DNA of 64,000 nucleotides, taken from contig CALKPL010000025.1 of NCBI GenBank assembly GCA_937991645.1, positions 6,734-70,733 of the forward strand, written 5' to 3'. Within the stretch, counting starts at the first letter, position 1; the number at the start of each line of letters is the position of its first letter. Below are positions 29,022-38,925 of the stretch, piece after piece. The stretch is from an uncultured Clostridia bacterium. GTDB lineage: Bacteria > Bacillota > Clostridia > Oscillospirales > UMGS1783. The notes under the pieces were generated by a model, which made no database searches, was not told the DNA's origin, and saw only the letters and a program-made list of their open reading frames with translations. The position numbers and the translations under genes are program-made.

Positions 29022-29888
29022 ATGGCGCTGACAGAGATTACAAACGGTAAACTGACCGCGGTTATTTCGGATAAGGGCGCGGAGCTGCAAAGCCTGGTCT
29101 ACGGCGGTATCGAATATATATGGCAGGGGGATCCCAAGTACTGGAACCGCCGCGCGCCGGTCCTGTTCCCCTTTGTAGGGCGCTGCAAAAACGACGCGTA
29201 TACCTATGCGGGCGGGACCTACCATATCGGCCAGCACGGGTTTGCGCGCGACAGCGTGTTCGAGGTTGTGGCCGCAGGCGGCAGCAGCGCTTCCTTCAGT
29301 CTCAAATCGAATCCGGAGCTGAAAAAGAAGTACCCGTTCGACTTTGAGTTTGTCATCACATACAGGCTGCAGGGAACGACCCTTGCCGTCGAGTACGAAG
29401 TGATGAACCGGGGCAATTCCATGATGTTCTTTTCCGTCGGTTCGCACGAAGCGTACCGCTGTCCGCTTGTGGACGGGGAGCGGTTCGAGGATTATACGAT
29501 TCAGTTAAACCAGAACGAGCGGCTGGACCGCTATTACCTGGAGGACGGCCTCGCCGGCCTTACGGGCGAGCCGTTTATCGACTTTGGGCAGGAGCTTCCG
29601 CTCAGCCATGAATATTTCCGTTCCAGCGCGGCCGTGCTCAAGGACGTTAAGTCCACGTCGGTGACGCTGCGCAGCGGAGTTTCGGGTCACGGTGTGACGG
29701 TCGGCTTTGAGGGCTTCCCAAACCTCGGCCTGTGGCAGCCCTACGGCGCGCCGTTCCTGTGCATCGAACCTTGGCTGGGCCTGTCCGACGGCGTGAATTT
29801 CAACGGCGAGCTGCCGAATAAGGCGTATATCCAGCGCGTCAACGCGGGCGCAAGCCGGACCTGCACCCATATGATCACCCTGTTCTAG
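29022..29888 (+). CDS. Aldose 1-epimerase family protein
   Basis: About 288 aa with motifs PVLFPFVGR, HGFAR and FLCIEPW. GGAGGTG lies upstream of the ATG at 29022. Confidence 0.88.
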   Translation: MALTEITNGKLTAVISDKGAELQSLVYGGIEYIWQGDPKYWNRRAPVLFPFVGRCKNDAYTYAGGTYHIGQHGFARDSVFEVVAAGGSSASFSLKSNPELKKKYPFDFEFVITYRLQGTTLAVEYEVMNRGNSMMFFSVGSHEAYRCPLVDGERFEDYTIQLNQNERLDRYYLEDGLAGLTGEPFIDFGQELPLSHEYFRSSAAVLKDVKSTSVTLRSGVSGHGVTVGFEGFPNLGLWQPYGAPFLCIEPWLGLSDGVNFNGELPNKAYIQRVNAGASRTCTHMITLF

Positions 29889-29944
29889 CCGGAGCGGTCC
29901 GCATTTCCCGTTTCGGCGGGCAGGCAATACGATGATTCCAGCAA

Positions 29945-29974
29945 AAATCCGTGGGAGCGCGCTCCCACGGATTT
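29945..29974 (+). terminator. Palindromic hairpin, probable terminator after the epimerase gene
   Basis: Perfect 30-nt palindrome AAATCCGTGGGAGCGCGCTCCCACGGATTT. The U-tract is weak. Confidence 0.5.
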
Positions 29975-30131
29975 CCATAATCCGGCGTAGGAGCGCGAAA
30001 TTGCAAGCCAGCGTGAGGATTTCCCTGGAAATGTGGAAAAACCGGCCCGCTTCCCGATTTGAACGGAATGTGCGGGATGTGGTATAGTTGTGCGCGGAAT
30101 GAGTACAGTTGTTCTCAGGAGGCGAACTCTT

Positions 30132-30572
30132 TTGGAGAGTGCGAAATATTATATAGTGTCGGGGGATATGCTGCCCGAAGCCGCGGTGAAAACAGTGGAA
30201 GCCAAGCGCCTGCTGAAAAACGGAGAGGTGCACACCATGTCGGAGGCGGCCAGGGCCGTAGGGATTTCACGCAGCGTTTTTTATAAGTACAAGGATAAGG
30301 TGCATCCCTTTTACGACAGGGGGATCGACCGAACGGTTACGCTCTACGCGCAGCTGCAGAACCGGGCGGGCGTGCTCAGTTCCTTCCTTGGTATTTTTGC
30401 GGGCGCCGGTGCGAACATCCTGACCATGAACCAGAATATACCGGTGGACGGAACGGCGTCGATTTCAGTGACGGCGCAGACGGGCGAACTCGTCATGGAG
30501 CTGTCCGAGCTGCTCGAACAGCTGCGTGCGAGCGAAGGCGTTGTGGAAGTCGACTTTATCACAGGCGAGTAA
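30132..30572 (+). CDS. UPF0735 ACT-domain protein (PheB-like)
   Basis: KYYIVSGDMLPEAAVKTVEAKRLL...SRSVFYKYKD N-terminus plus an ACT domain. TTG start lies 9 nt after AGGAGG. Confidence 0.85.
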   Translation: MESAKYYIVSGDMLPEAAVKTVEAKRLLKNGEVHTMSEAARAVGISRSVFYKYKDKVHPFYDRGIDRTVTLYAQLQNRAGVLSSFLGIFAGAGANILTMNQNIPVDGTASISVTAQTGELVMELSELLEQLRASEGVVEVDFITGE

Positions 30573-30594
30573 AACGGTAGGAGGACTTAACAAT

Positions 30595-31815
30595 ATGGCG
30601 AAAGTGGCACTGCTCGGGCACGGCGTCGTTGGCAGCGGCGTGGCCGAGCTACTCATGAAAAATGCGGGCTCCATTGCAAAGCGCGCGGGCGAGGAGATCG
30701 AGATCAAATATATTCTCGATATCCGCGACTTCCCCGGGCTGGAATACAGCGACCGGTTCGTCCGCGACTACGACGTGATCGAGCACGACCCTGAAATAGA
30801 GGTCGTCATAGAGGTCATCGGCGGAATCAAGCCGGCGTATGAATTTGTCAGCCGCGCAATTTTGGCGGGCAAGAGCGTTGTGACCTCAAACAAGGAGCTC
30901 GTTGCGGCCCGCGGCGCGCAGCTTTTGGAGCTGGCGACGCAAAACGGCGTAAAATTCCTGTTCGAGGCAAGCGTCGGCGGCGGCATCCCGATTATCCGGC
31001 CCATGCACCAGTGTCTTGCCGCAAACGAGCTGGACGGCATTACCGGCATTCTCAACGGTACGACAAATTATATCCTTACCAAGATGGCAAAGGACCACGC
31101 GCCCTTTGACGAAACTCTGAAAACAGCGCAGCAGCTCGGCTATGCCGAAAGCAATCCGGCCGCCGATATCGAAGGCACCGACGCCTGCCGCAAGATCTGT
31201 ATCCTCGCATCGCTCGCGTTCGGCCGCCACATCTATCCGGAATACGTGCACACCGAGGGGATCACCCGCCTCAGCTCGCAGGACATCGCGGCCGCGGCCG
31301 CCATGGGCGCCACCGTTAAGCTGCTGGGCGTCGCCAGAAAGGCGGAGGACGGACGGGTGTTTATCCTCGTCGCGCCTTTTGTTGTGCCGCATGACCATGT
31401 GCTCGCCAATGTCGAGGACGTGTTCAACGGCATCCTCGTCACCGGCGACGCGATCGGAGAAGTTACCTTTTTCGGCCGCGGTGCGGGCAAGCTGCCCACG
31501 GCGAGCGCGGTTGTGGCCGATATTATCGACTGCGTCAAGCACAGGGCCGAGGGGAATAACATACAATGGAAAGACCCCGGCACGGATATTACCGTGGACT
31601 ACAAGACGGTTAAAATCGCGCGGCTGGTTCGCATTCCAAAGCAGGACCGTGAAAATCTGATAAAGAAGGCGGTGCTGCGCGAAGTCCCGTCCTCTGTTCC
31701 GGAGGAGTGCTGGATAGAGACGCCGCCCATCACCGAAGTGGAATATATCAACATGTTCGGGCAGGTCCACGCGCTGTCCATGCTCCGCATCATCGGCCGG
31801 ACGGAATTTATTTGA
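30595..31815 (+). CDS. hom: Homoserine dehydrogenase
   Basis: VALLGHGVVGSGV Rossmann motif, EASVGGGIPII and a C-terminal ACT-like domain. Confidence 0.94.
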   Translation: MAKVALLGHGVVGSGVAELLMKNAGSIAKRAGEEIEIKYILDIRDFPGLEYSDRFVRDYDVIEHDPEIEVVIEVIGGIKPAYEFVSRAILAGKSVVTSNKELVAARGAQLLELATQNGVKFLFEASVGGGIPIIRPMHQCLAANELDGITGILNGTTNYILTKMAKDHAPFDETLKTAQQLGYAESNPAADIEGTDACRKICILASLAFGRHIYPEYVHTEGITRLSSQDIAAAAAMGATVKLLGVARKAEDGRVFILVAPFVVPHDHVLANVEDVFNGILVTGDAIGEVTFFGRGAGKLPTASAVVADIIDCVKHRAEGNNIQWKDPGTDITVDYKTVKIARLVRIPKQDRENLIKKAVLREVPSSVPEECWIETPPITEVEYINMFGQVHALSMLRIIGRTEFI

Positions 31816-31834
31816 GTTATGGAGGGTTTCACAT

Positions 31835-33046
31835 ATGGCTCTGATTGTACAGAAATTCGGCGGCTCTTCCGTCGCCGACACGCAGCGCCTGGAAAACGTC
31901 GCGAATATTATAACGGATACATATCAGGCGGGCAACCAGGTGATCGTGGTCGTTTCCGCGCAGGGGGACACGACCGACGAGTTCATTGAAAAGGCGGGAC
32001 AGATCAATCCCAACCCTTCCCGGCGCGAAATGGACGTTCTGATGAGCGCAGGGGAACAGATCAGTATGGCCCTGCTCGCCATGGCGGTAGAAAAGCGGGG
32101 CATCCCCGTCGTTTCGCTCACCGGCTGGCAGGTTCCGATCGTCACCAGCAGCAGCTACCGCATGGCCAAGATCAAGCGGGTGGAGACCGAACGCCTGCAG
32201 CTTGAGCTGGAAAGCAACAAAATCGTAATCGTCGCGGGGTTCCAGGGCGTGAATAAGTATGACGATATCACAACCATTGGCCGCGGCGGATCGGATACGA
32301 CCGCCGTCGCCATCGCCGCAGCCATGCACGCGGACCTGTGCCAGATTTATACAGACGTGGACGGCGTATACAGCGCCGATCCGCGCATCGTGCCCACCGC
32401 GCAGAAGCTCGACGAGATCACCTATGACGAAATGCTGGAACTCGCGTCGCTGGGAGCGCAGGTGCTCATGAACCGCAGCGTGGAACTGGCAAAGAAATAC
32501 CGGGTGAACCTGGAGGTGTTATCCAGCTTCCACAGGGTGCCGGGAACGATTATCAAGGAGGATACAAAAGTGGAAAAACTGCTGATCACCGGCGTCGCCC
32601 GGGACAAAGACGTGGCGCGTATCGCGCTTACGGGGATTGAAGACAGGCCGGGCCAGGCGTACAAAATCTTCTCGCTGCTCGCCAAAAAGAAAATCAACGT
32701 GGATATTATTATCCAGTCGATCGGTCGCGATGATGTCAAGGACATCTCTTTCACCGTGACCAAGGAAAACCTGCAGCCTGCCATTGAAGTGCTGCGGGAG
32801 AACAAGGAGTATATCGGCTTTACAGATATTGAAACCGATGAAAACATCGTCAAAGTCTCGGTCGTGGGCGCGGGCATGGCCTCTAACGCAGGCGTCGCCT
32901 CCATGGTATTTGAGGCGCTGTACGATGCGAATATCAATATTCATATGATCTCCACGAGCGAAATCAAGATCTCGGTTCTGCTGGACGCGGCCGACGGCGA
33001 CCGCGCCATGCGCGTGATCCACGACAAGTTTGATTTTACCGTGTAA
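31835..33046 (+). CDS. Aspartate kinase
   Basis: 403 aa beginning MALIVQKFGGSSV, with GRGGSDTTA and two C-terminal ACT domains. Confidence 0.95.
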   Translation: MALIVQKFGGSSVADTQRLENVANIITDTYQAGNQVIVVVSAQGDTTDEFIEKAGQINPNPSRREMDVLMSAGEQISMALLAMAVEKRGIPVVSLTGWQVPIVTSSSYRMAKIKRVETERLQLELESNKIVIVAGFQGVNKYDDITTIGRGGSDTTAVAIAAAMHADLCQIYTDVDGVYSADPRIVPTAQKLDEITYDEMLELASLGAQVLMNRSVELAKKYRVNLEVLSSFHRVPGTIIKEDTKVEKLLITGVARDKDVARIALTGIEDRPGQAYKIFSLLAKKKINVDIIIQSIGRDDVKDISFTVTKENLQPAIEVLRENKEYIGFTDIETDENIVKVSVVGAGMASNAGVASMVFEALYDANINIHMISTSEIKISVLLDAADGDRAMRVIHDKFDFTV

Positions 33047-33081
33047 AACGCGCGGACCCAGGAAAATAAACAAAAAAAGGC

Positions 33082-33110
33082 TTGCAATGCGGGGAATGGT
33101 GTGTTATACT
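33082..33110 (+). promoter_or_regulatory. Sigma-A promoter upstream of rpmG-secE-nusG
   Basis: TTGCAA (33082-33087), a 17-nt spacer and TATACT (33105-33110). Confidence 0.6.
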
Positions 33111-33190
33111 AATTCTACCTAATTGTCAGGTCTTTTTTATTGCGCTTTTTTCCTGACACAGGGAGGCAATAATTTTAGGAGGTGCCGCAC

Positions 33191-33340
33191 ATGAGAGTAA
33201 AGATCACGATGGCCTGTACCGAGTGCAAGCAGCGCAACTATGACACCGTCAAGAACAAAAAGAACACGCCGGACAGGCTTGAAGCGAGCAAGTACTGCCG
33301 TTTCTGCAAAAAGCATACGGTCCATCGCGAAACGAAGTAG
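33191..33340 (+). CDS. rpmG: 50S ribosomal protein L33 (below the ORF-track length cut-off)
   Basis: My own translation gives [57 protein letters not shown] lies upstream. Position before secE is the conserved arrangement. Confidence 0.93.
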   Translation: MRVKITMACTECKQRNYDTVKNKKNTPDRLEASKYCRFCKKHTVHRETK

Positions 33341-33353
33341 GGAGGAGCTTTCC

Positions 33354-33572
33354 ATGGCTAAGGATGAAGCGACCAAACCCAAGAAGAAGAGAAAAAAAGT
33401 ATCCGCCTTCCTCAGAGAAGCCAGAAGCGATATCAAGAAGATCACATGGCCCTCTTTTAAGTCTGTTGTAAAGAATACGGGCATGGTCATCGTCGTGATG
33501 ATCATCGGCGCCGCGGTCATCTCTCTGGTGGACCTCGGCCTGACGCAGCTGCTGTATCTGTTCATCCGCTAA
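33354..33572 (+). CDS. secE: Preprotein translocase subunit SecE
   Basis: 72 aa with a K-rich N-terminus, the KKITWPS motif and one TM helix. GGGAGGAG lies upstream of the ATG at 33354. Confidence 0.92.
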   Translation: MAKDEATKPKKKRKKVSAFLREARSDIKKITWPSFKSVVKNTGMVIVVMIIGAAVISLVDLGLTQLLYLFIR

Positions 33573-33585
33573 AGGAGTATGGTGC

Positions 33586-34101
33586 ATGTCTGACGCAAAA
33601 TGGTATGTGGCGCATACCTATTCCGGCTACGAGAACAAAGTGGCCGCGAATCTCGAAAAAATCGTTGAAAACCGCAAGCTGCATGATCTGATCCAGGATA
33701 TACGCGTGCCGACGGAAACCGTCGTCGAAATTAAGGACAATGAGAAGAAGGAAGTGGAGCGCAAAGTATTTCCCGGCTATGTGCTGGTGAAAATGGTCAT
33801 GCGCGACGACACGTGGTATATTGTCCGAAACATCCGCGGCGTTACCGGCTTTGTCGGCCCCGGCTCGAAACCCGTCCCGCTCACCGAGAAGGAGATCGAA
33901 AGCCTGGGCATCGATAAAAAGGTGGTCGAAATCAGCTTTGACGTGGGGGACAGCCTGAAGATTACGGACGGCCCTCTCGAAGGCTTTATTGGTACGGTCG
34001 AGGAAATCGAGGCCGACAAGAGCAGAGTGAAGCTGATTGTGCATATGTTCGGCAAGGAGACCCCTGTCGAACTGGAGCTCACACAGGTGGAAGTCCTGTA
34101 A
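33586..34101 (+). CDS. nusG: Transcription termination/antitermination factor NusG
   Basis: KWYVAHTYSGYENKV N-terminus, FPGYVLVKM and a KOW domain. Confidence 0.97.
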   Translation: MSDAKWYVAHTYSGYENKVAANLEKIVENRKLHDLIQDIRVPTETVVEIKDNEKKEVERKVFPGYVLVKMVMRDDTWYIVRNIRGVTGFVGPGSKPVPLTEKEIESLGIDKKVVEISFDVGDSLKITDGPLEGFIGTVEEIEADKSRVKLIVHMFGKETPVELELTQVEVL

Positions 34102-34184
34102 GACTTCGCGCAAATGCCCTTTCGTGGGAGGGAGCATGAATGTGTTCCCGCCATACCACATTATGTATAAGGAGGTGTACGCAC

Positions 34185-34610
34185 ATGGCACAAAAGGTGA
34201 TTGGATATATCAAACTGCAGATTCCTGCGGGCAAAGCTACGCCTGCTCCCCCGGTGGGTCCGGCCCTCGGTCAGCACGGCGTGAACATTATGGCTTTCAC
34301 CAAGGAATTCAATGAGAGAACCAAGAATGACATGGGCATGATTATCCCCGTCGTCATCACGGTCTATGCCGACCATTCTTTCAGTTTTGTAACCAAGACG
34401 CCGCCCGCCGCCGTCCTGATCAAGAAGGCCTGCGGAATCGAGAGCGGCTCCGGCGAGCCCAACAAGACCAAAGTCGCCACCATTTCGAGCGACCAGGTCC
34501 GCAAGATCGCCGAGCAGAAGATGCCGGACCTGAACGCTTCATCCGTGGAAACCGCGATGAAGATGGTCGCTGGTACGGCCAGAAGCATGGGTGTCGTCGT
34601 CGAGGACTGA
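34185..34610 (+). CDS. rplK: 50S ribosomal protein L11
   Basis: [37 protein letters not shown] lies upstream of the ATG at 34185. Confidence 0.97.
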   Translation: MAQKVIGYIKLQIPAGKATPAPPVGPALGQHGVNIMAFTKEFNERTKNDMGMIIPVVITVYADHSFSFVTKTPPAAVLIKKACGIESGSGEPNKTKVATISSDQVRKIAEQKMPDLNASSVETAMKMVAGTARSMGVVVED

Positions 34611-34666
34611 TCCGCTTCTGACGTGGGAGGGAAATCCCGAAAACACCACATTTGGAGGAATGATTC

Positions 34667-35362
34667 ATGTTTAGAGGTAAAAAGTATCAAGAGAGCATGA
34701 AGCTCATTGATAAACAGCGCCTTTATGACAGTGATGAAGCGCTCAGTCTTGCGACGCAGACCGCAAAGGCAAAGTTTGACGAGACCGTCGAGGTCCATGT
34801 CAAGCTGGGCGTTGACTCCCGTCATGCCGACCAGCAGGTCAGAGGCGCGATCGTCCTGCCGCACGGTACGGGCAAAAATATCCGTGTGCTCGTATTTGCA
34901 AAGGGCGACAAGGCCGCCGAGGCCGAAGCCGCCGGCGCAGAATTCGTCGGTGCGGAGGATATGGTAGACAAGATCCGCAACGAGAACTTTTTCGACTACG
35001 ACGTCGTCGTCGCCACGCCGGATATGATGGGTGTGGTCGGCCGTCTCGGTAAAATCCTCGGTCCCAAGGGCCTGATGCCGAACCCGAAGGCCGGCACCGT
35101 CTCCATGAACGTAGGCGACGCCGTCCGTGAGATCAAAGCCGGTAAGATCGAGTATCGTCTCGACAAGACCAACATCATCCACTGCCCGATCGGCAAGGTG
35201 TCGTTCGGCCCGGAGAAGCTCGCCGACAACTTTAACGCGCTGCTCGGCGCGATCATCAAGGCCAAGCCTGCGGCTGCAAAAGGCATTTATATCCGTAGCT
35301 GCGTCGTTTCCACTACGATGGGCCCGGGCATCAAGGTCAACGCCGGCAAGCTGGTTGGCTGA
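34667..35362 (+). CDS. rplA: 50S ribosomal protein L1
   Basis: 231 aa with [26 protein letters not shown] and a VATPDMM motif. Confidence 0.97.
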   Translation: MFRGKKYQESMKLIDKQRLYDSDEALSLATQTAKAKFDETVEVHVKLGVDSRHADQQVRGAIVLPHGTGKNIRVLVFAKGDKAAEAEAAGAEFVGAEDMVDKIRNENFFDYDVVVATPDMMGVVGRLGKILGPKGLMPNPKAGTVSMNVGDAVREIKAGKIEYRLDKTNIIHCPIGKVSFGPEKLADNFNALLGAIIKAKPAAAKGIYIRSCVVSTTMGPGIKVNAGKLVG

Positions 35363-35371
35363 GAATTTTCT

Positions 35372-35400
35372 TGACAAAGTCGGTATGAACTGGTATACTA
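35372..35400 (+). promoter_or_regulatory. Sigma-A promoter of rplJL
   Basis: TTGACA (35372-35377), a 17-nt spacer and TATACT (35395-35400). Confidence 0.7.
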
Positions 35401-35570
35401 ACCAATGTTAAATTTACAGGGTTTCATTCTTAAGACAGCAGGCGCGTAAGCGTAACGGGCAACCGGCCTGCCGAGGAAGGAACGAAAACGATCCATCATG
35501 TCGTTTACCGCGTCCTTTTCCGGCAGCTCGGAAAAGGACGTTTTGTTATATTGCGCCTGACTGACGGCCG
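35401..35570 (+). promoter_or_regulatory. Ribosomal protein L10 leader with an attenuator hairpin
   Basis: About 170-nt structured leader between the promoter and rplJ. It contains a 12-bp hairpin CGTCCTTTTCCG / CGGAAAAGGACG (35511-35540) followed by TTTTGTT, as in Firmicute L10 leaders. Confidence 0.65.
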
Positions 35571-35583
35571 GGAGGTGAAAAAA

Positions 35584-36117
35584 GTGCCAAGCGAAAGAGT
35601 ATTGGAAGAAAAGAAGCAGATTGTAAAGGAACTGGCCGACAAGATGCAGAACGCCGCATCCGGCGTGTTCGTCGACTATAAGGGCATCACAGTCGCGGAG
35701 GATACCAAGCTCCGCACGGACCTGCGCAATGCAGGCGTGGAGTACGCAGTCGTGAAAAACACCCTTGCCCGCTTTGCTGTCAACCAGATCGGCTATGAGG
35801 GCCTGACCCCCATCTTGGAGGGGACGACCGCGCTCGCTACTTCAAGCGACCTTGTCGCCCCTGCGAAGATCCTCAGCGAGTTCGCCAAGAAAAACAAATC
35901 GTTCAAGATCAAGGCGGGGTTTGTGGAAGGCCGCATTATTGACGTAGACGAAGTCAACAATCTTGCGGAACTGCCAAGCAAGGAAGTCCTCATCGCCAAA
36001 GTCCTGGGCGGATTCAACGCCCCCATCGCGGGCTTTGCCAACGTCCTGAACGGGACGCTGCGCGGCCTTGTCGTTGCGCTCAACGCCATCAAAGAGCAGG
36101 CTGAAAAGGCCAGCTGA
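35584..36117 (+). CDS. rplJ: 50S ribosomal protein L10
   Basis: GTG start 6 nt after GGAGGTG. The VPSERVLEEKKQIV... N-terminus fits L10. The longer TTG start at 35551 would overlap the attenuator. Confidence 0.93.
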   Translation: MPSERVLEEKKQIVKELADKMQNAASGVFVDYKGITVAEDTKLRTDLRNAGVEYAVVKNTLARFAVNQIGYEGLTPILEGTTALATSSDLVAPAKILSEFAKKNKSFKIKAGFVEGRIIDVDEVNNLAELPSKEVLIAKVLGGFNAPIAGFANVLNGTLRGLVVALNAIKEQAEKAS

Positions 36118-36156
36118 CCAATTTATAAGAACGAATTATAGTATGGAGGAATAAAA

Positions 36157-36537
36157 ATGTCTGATAAAGTCACCAAAATGATCGAAGATGTAAAAGCCCT
36201 TACCGTTCTTGAGCTTGCTGAGCTCGTAAAGGCCCTTGAAGAGGAATTCGGCGTATCCGCCGCCGCGCCTGTCGCTGTCGCCGCTGTTGGCGCCGCTCCC
36301 GCCGCCGCTGCCGAAGCCGAAGAGCAGACCGAGTTCAACGTCATCCTCGCTGGCGCTGGTGAGAAGAAGATCGAAGTAATCAAGGTTGTCAGGGAAATCA
36401 CCTCTCTCGGCCTGAAGGAAGCCAAAGCCCTTGTTGACGGCGCTCCCAGCCCGGTCAAGGAAGGCGTTTCCAAGGACGAAGCGAACGACATCAAGGCCAA
36501 GCTGGAGGCCGCCGGCGCTTCTGTCGAGCTGAAGTAA
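36157..36537 (+). CDS. rplL: 50S ribosomal protein L7/L12
   Basis: 126 aa with an Ala-rich hinge and the C-terminal motifs [27 protein letters not shown] and [14 protein letters not shown]. Confidence 0.97.
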   Translation: MSDKVTKMIEDVKALTVLELAELVKALEEEFGVSAAAPVAVAAVGAAPAAAAEAEEQTEFNVILAGAGEKKIEVIKVVREITSLGLKEAKALVDGAPSPVKEGVSKDEANDIKAKLEAAGASVELK

Positions 36538-36560
36538 TTTCTTTTTTGCACACCACGTTG

Positions 36561-36590
36561 CATCCCGCCTTACAGGCGGGATGTTTTTTT
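36561..36590 (+). terminator. Intrinsic terminator of rplL
   Basis: CATCCCGCC / GGCGGGATG stem followed by T7. Confidence 0.85.
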
Positions 36591-37187
36591 ACTGGACTTG
36601 CTTTCTCCTGCCGGATGCGGTTGCAGGCGGCCGGATGCTAGGCTCCAGCCGACGTTTTGGATTTTACGTTCCCCGCCCATTTGCTGGGCGCTGGCGCGCC
36701 TATTCTATTTTTTGTCCTGAGCTTCCCGGCTTTATCTCGGAACATCTAGGCGGCCTTTTGCGCTGTGCTGGCCTCGCTTACGATCGGTACGGCCCGAGCG
36801 CGCCTGCCCGCAGGAAGCGACTATGATACGAACGGATGCGCGGCGTATGCTCAGTCAGGACGGGAAATGTGATCGGCGCGCTGCGTCTGTGCTTTGCCGT
36901 GCGGCCGCATGTAAGGATTCCGTTTGAAATGGCCCTCAGGGATCATCTCCTTGTATATATCCCCTTGTACGGCGGCATGCCGGCAGCGTCCGTTCCGGCG
37001 CCGTATGGAAAGTCAGGGCACGGCGCTCATGTCAGGCGCCGTCTGCACGCGCGCAAAACGGTCTGCAAAGTGACATGCTGCCATGCCTGTGACGCTTGTC
37101 CTGCCTATGCGCCGCAAGGAAAAGACGGGAATTTGCAAAAGGTCAGAAATAGTCAAAAATAATTCATGGATTTTCCGGGAAAAGGTA

Positions 37188-37216
37188 TTGACAATTCGAG
37201 TAAATAGTGGTAAATT
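37188..37216 (+). promoter_or_regulatory. Sigma-A promoter of the hrcA-grpE-dnaK-dnaJ operon
   Basis: TTGACA (37188-37193), a 17-nt spacer and TAAATT (37211-37216). Confidence 0.6.
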
Positions 37217-37220
37217 ATAA

Positions 37221-37247
37221 TTAGCACTCGGAGATGTCGAGTGCTAA
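37221..37247 (+). promoter_or_regulatory. CIRCE operator (HrcA binding site)
   Basis: Perfect TTAGCACTC-N9-GAGTGCTAA inverted repeat. Confidence 0.95.
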
Positions 37248-37269
37248 AATCATGAACAGGGCGATGGAT

Positions 37270-38298
37270 ATGGATCTTTCGGAGCGCAGAATACAAATAT
37301 TGCGAACACTGATCGACGCATATATCGAGAGCAGCGAGCCCATTGGTTCAAAGTCTGCGGTATTTGAAAAGTTCAACCTTTCCTCGGCAACGCTGCGCAA
37401 CGAAATGGCGCGGCTGGAGGAGATGGGGCTTTTGTTTCAGCCGCACACCTCTTCGGGCCGGGTTCCGAGCAAACTTGGCTACCGTTTTTATGTTGCGAAC
37501 CTGAAGGACTCTCTGAAACTGGACGCAAAGCGGAAAAAGAGCATAGATCAGATGATCGAAATGCTGGCGGCCCGTCCCGATAAGATTTTTTCCAACTCAG
37601 CGCAGATTGCGGCGAGCATTACAAACTGCGCCGCCATCTCGATTTATTCCACACCGGGCAGCCGCAAATTCGTGTATTTTGAATGCGCCATGATCAACAG
37701 CCGCAGCGTCGCTATTATGGCCGTTATGGGCGCGGACAACATCAAAACCTGCGTTTACCTGACCGACGAGGACATCAACGTCAATGACAGTACGGTACTC
37801 AACCGGATTCTGAATGTGCATCTGACGGGTGTGGAAATTAAAAGCCTTACGGATACTGTCTTTGGCGTAATTGAACAGGAGATTTTGCGATATGTCCCTT
37901 CCATGGCGGGCATTACAAAGGCGCTGCAGTCCATTATACGCGAGGTCAACACCTATGAAATCGTCGTTTGCGGCGAGAGCAACCTGCTTTTATACCCGGA
38001 ATTCAGCGATGTGGAAAAGCTCAAGTCCTTCTACTCGCTGGTATCCGACCGGAAAAACCTCGGCCGGATTGCCGACCAGTCGTCGGAAGGGGATATCGGC
38101 GTGCACATAGACCCGGAGCTGTTCCCCAGCGCGACCCTGCTGACTGCTTCTATCGGCAACGAGGAGAGCGGCAAGGCGACTTTGTCCGTTGTGGGGCCGA
38201 TGCGCATAAACTATGCGAGGATCATCGCCGATTTCAAATATTTCAGTGAAATCATGTCAAAACTGATACAGGGCATGACAGAAGAGGAAAAGGAGTAA
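37270..38298 (+). CDS. hrcA: Heat-inducible transcription repressor HrcA
   Basis: MDLSERRIQILRTLIDAYIESSEPIGSKS N-terminus. In-frame ATGs also occur at 37252 and 37264. The longest ORF start (37234) lies inside CIRCE and is rejected. Confidence 0.92.
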   Translation: MDLSERRIQILRTLIDAYIESSEPIGSKSAVFEKFNLSSATLRNEMARLEEMGLLFQPHTSSGRVPSKLGYRFYVANLKDSLKLDAKRKKSIDQMIEMLAARPDKIFSNSAQIAASITNCAAISIYSTPGSRKFVYFECAMINSRSVAIMAVMGADNIKTCVYLTDEDINVNDSTVLNRILNVHLTGVEIKSLTDTVFGVIEQEILRYVPSMAGITKALQSIIREVNTYEIVVCGESNLLLYPEFSDVEKLKSFYSLVSDRKNLGRIADQSSEGDIGVHIDPELFPSATLLTASIGNEESGKATLSVVGPMRINYARIIADFKYFSEIMSKLIQGMTEEEKE

Positions 38299-38302
38299 GG
38301 AC

Positions 38303-38869
38303 ATGGCGAAAGAAAAGCGTGCCAATGACGGCGAGCTGACCAAGGAGGAAATGCTCCCGCTCGATGAAGAGGCGCAGGCTGCGCTTCTGGACGAGAATGA
38401 GGCGCTGAAAGCCGATTGTGAGGCGGCGCAGGAAAAGCTTGCGCAGGCGCAGACGGAACTGCAGGAGGAGAAGGAGCGGTATTTGCGGCTGATGGCGGAA
38501 TACGACAATTTCAAACGGCGCACAGCACGTGAAAAGCAGCAGGCGTATACCGACGCCAAAGCCGATGCGCTCACAGCGCTGCTGCCGATTATCGATAACC
38601 TGGAGCGCGCCGTACAGAGCGGCGCCGACGGCGCTGGCCTGCGTGACGGCGTGCAGATGACGCTGACCCAGGCGGCTGAGGTGCTGAAAAGCTGCGGTTT
38701 TGAGGAGATTGAAGCGCTGCACAAGCCGTTCGATCCGCAGCTGCACAACGCGGTACTGCACGTGGAGGACGAGAGCCTCGGTGAACAGGAGATCTGCGAC
38801 GTACTGCAGAAAGGCTATAAAATAGGCGAAAAAGTGGTCCGGCATTCCATGGTCAAGGTCGCGAACTGA
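38303..38869 (+). CDS. grpE: Nucleotide exchange factor GrpE
   Basis: 188 aa with a coiled-coil N-terminus, YLRLMAEYDNFKRR and a C-terminal beta domain (GYKIGEKVVRHSMVKV). Confidence 0.96.
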   Translation: MAKEKRANDGELTKEEMLPLDEEAQAALLDENEALKADCEAAQEKLAQAQTELQEEKERYLRLMAEYDNFKRRTAREKQQAYTDAKADALTALLPIIDNLERAVQSGADGAGLRDGVQMTLTQAAEVLKSCGFEEIEALHKPFDPQLHNAVLHVEDESLGEQEICDVLQKGYKIGEKVVRHSMVKVAN

Positions 38870-38925
38870 TTGCATACCAGGACCCTTTATCATACATTTG
38901 AATTCATAAACTGGAGGAATTATTT

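Noticed and set aside
36581-37162. Two plus-strand ORFs (81 and 108 aa) in the rplL-hrcA spacer
   Set aside because: They have no SD and are Arg/Cys/Pro/Gly-rich with no recognisable domain. The first begins inside the U-tract of the rplL terminator. I treat the region as unassigned rather than coding.
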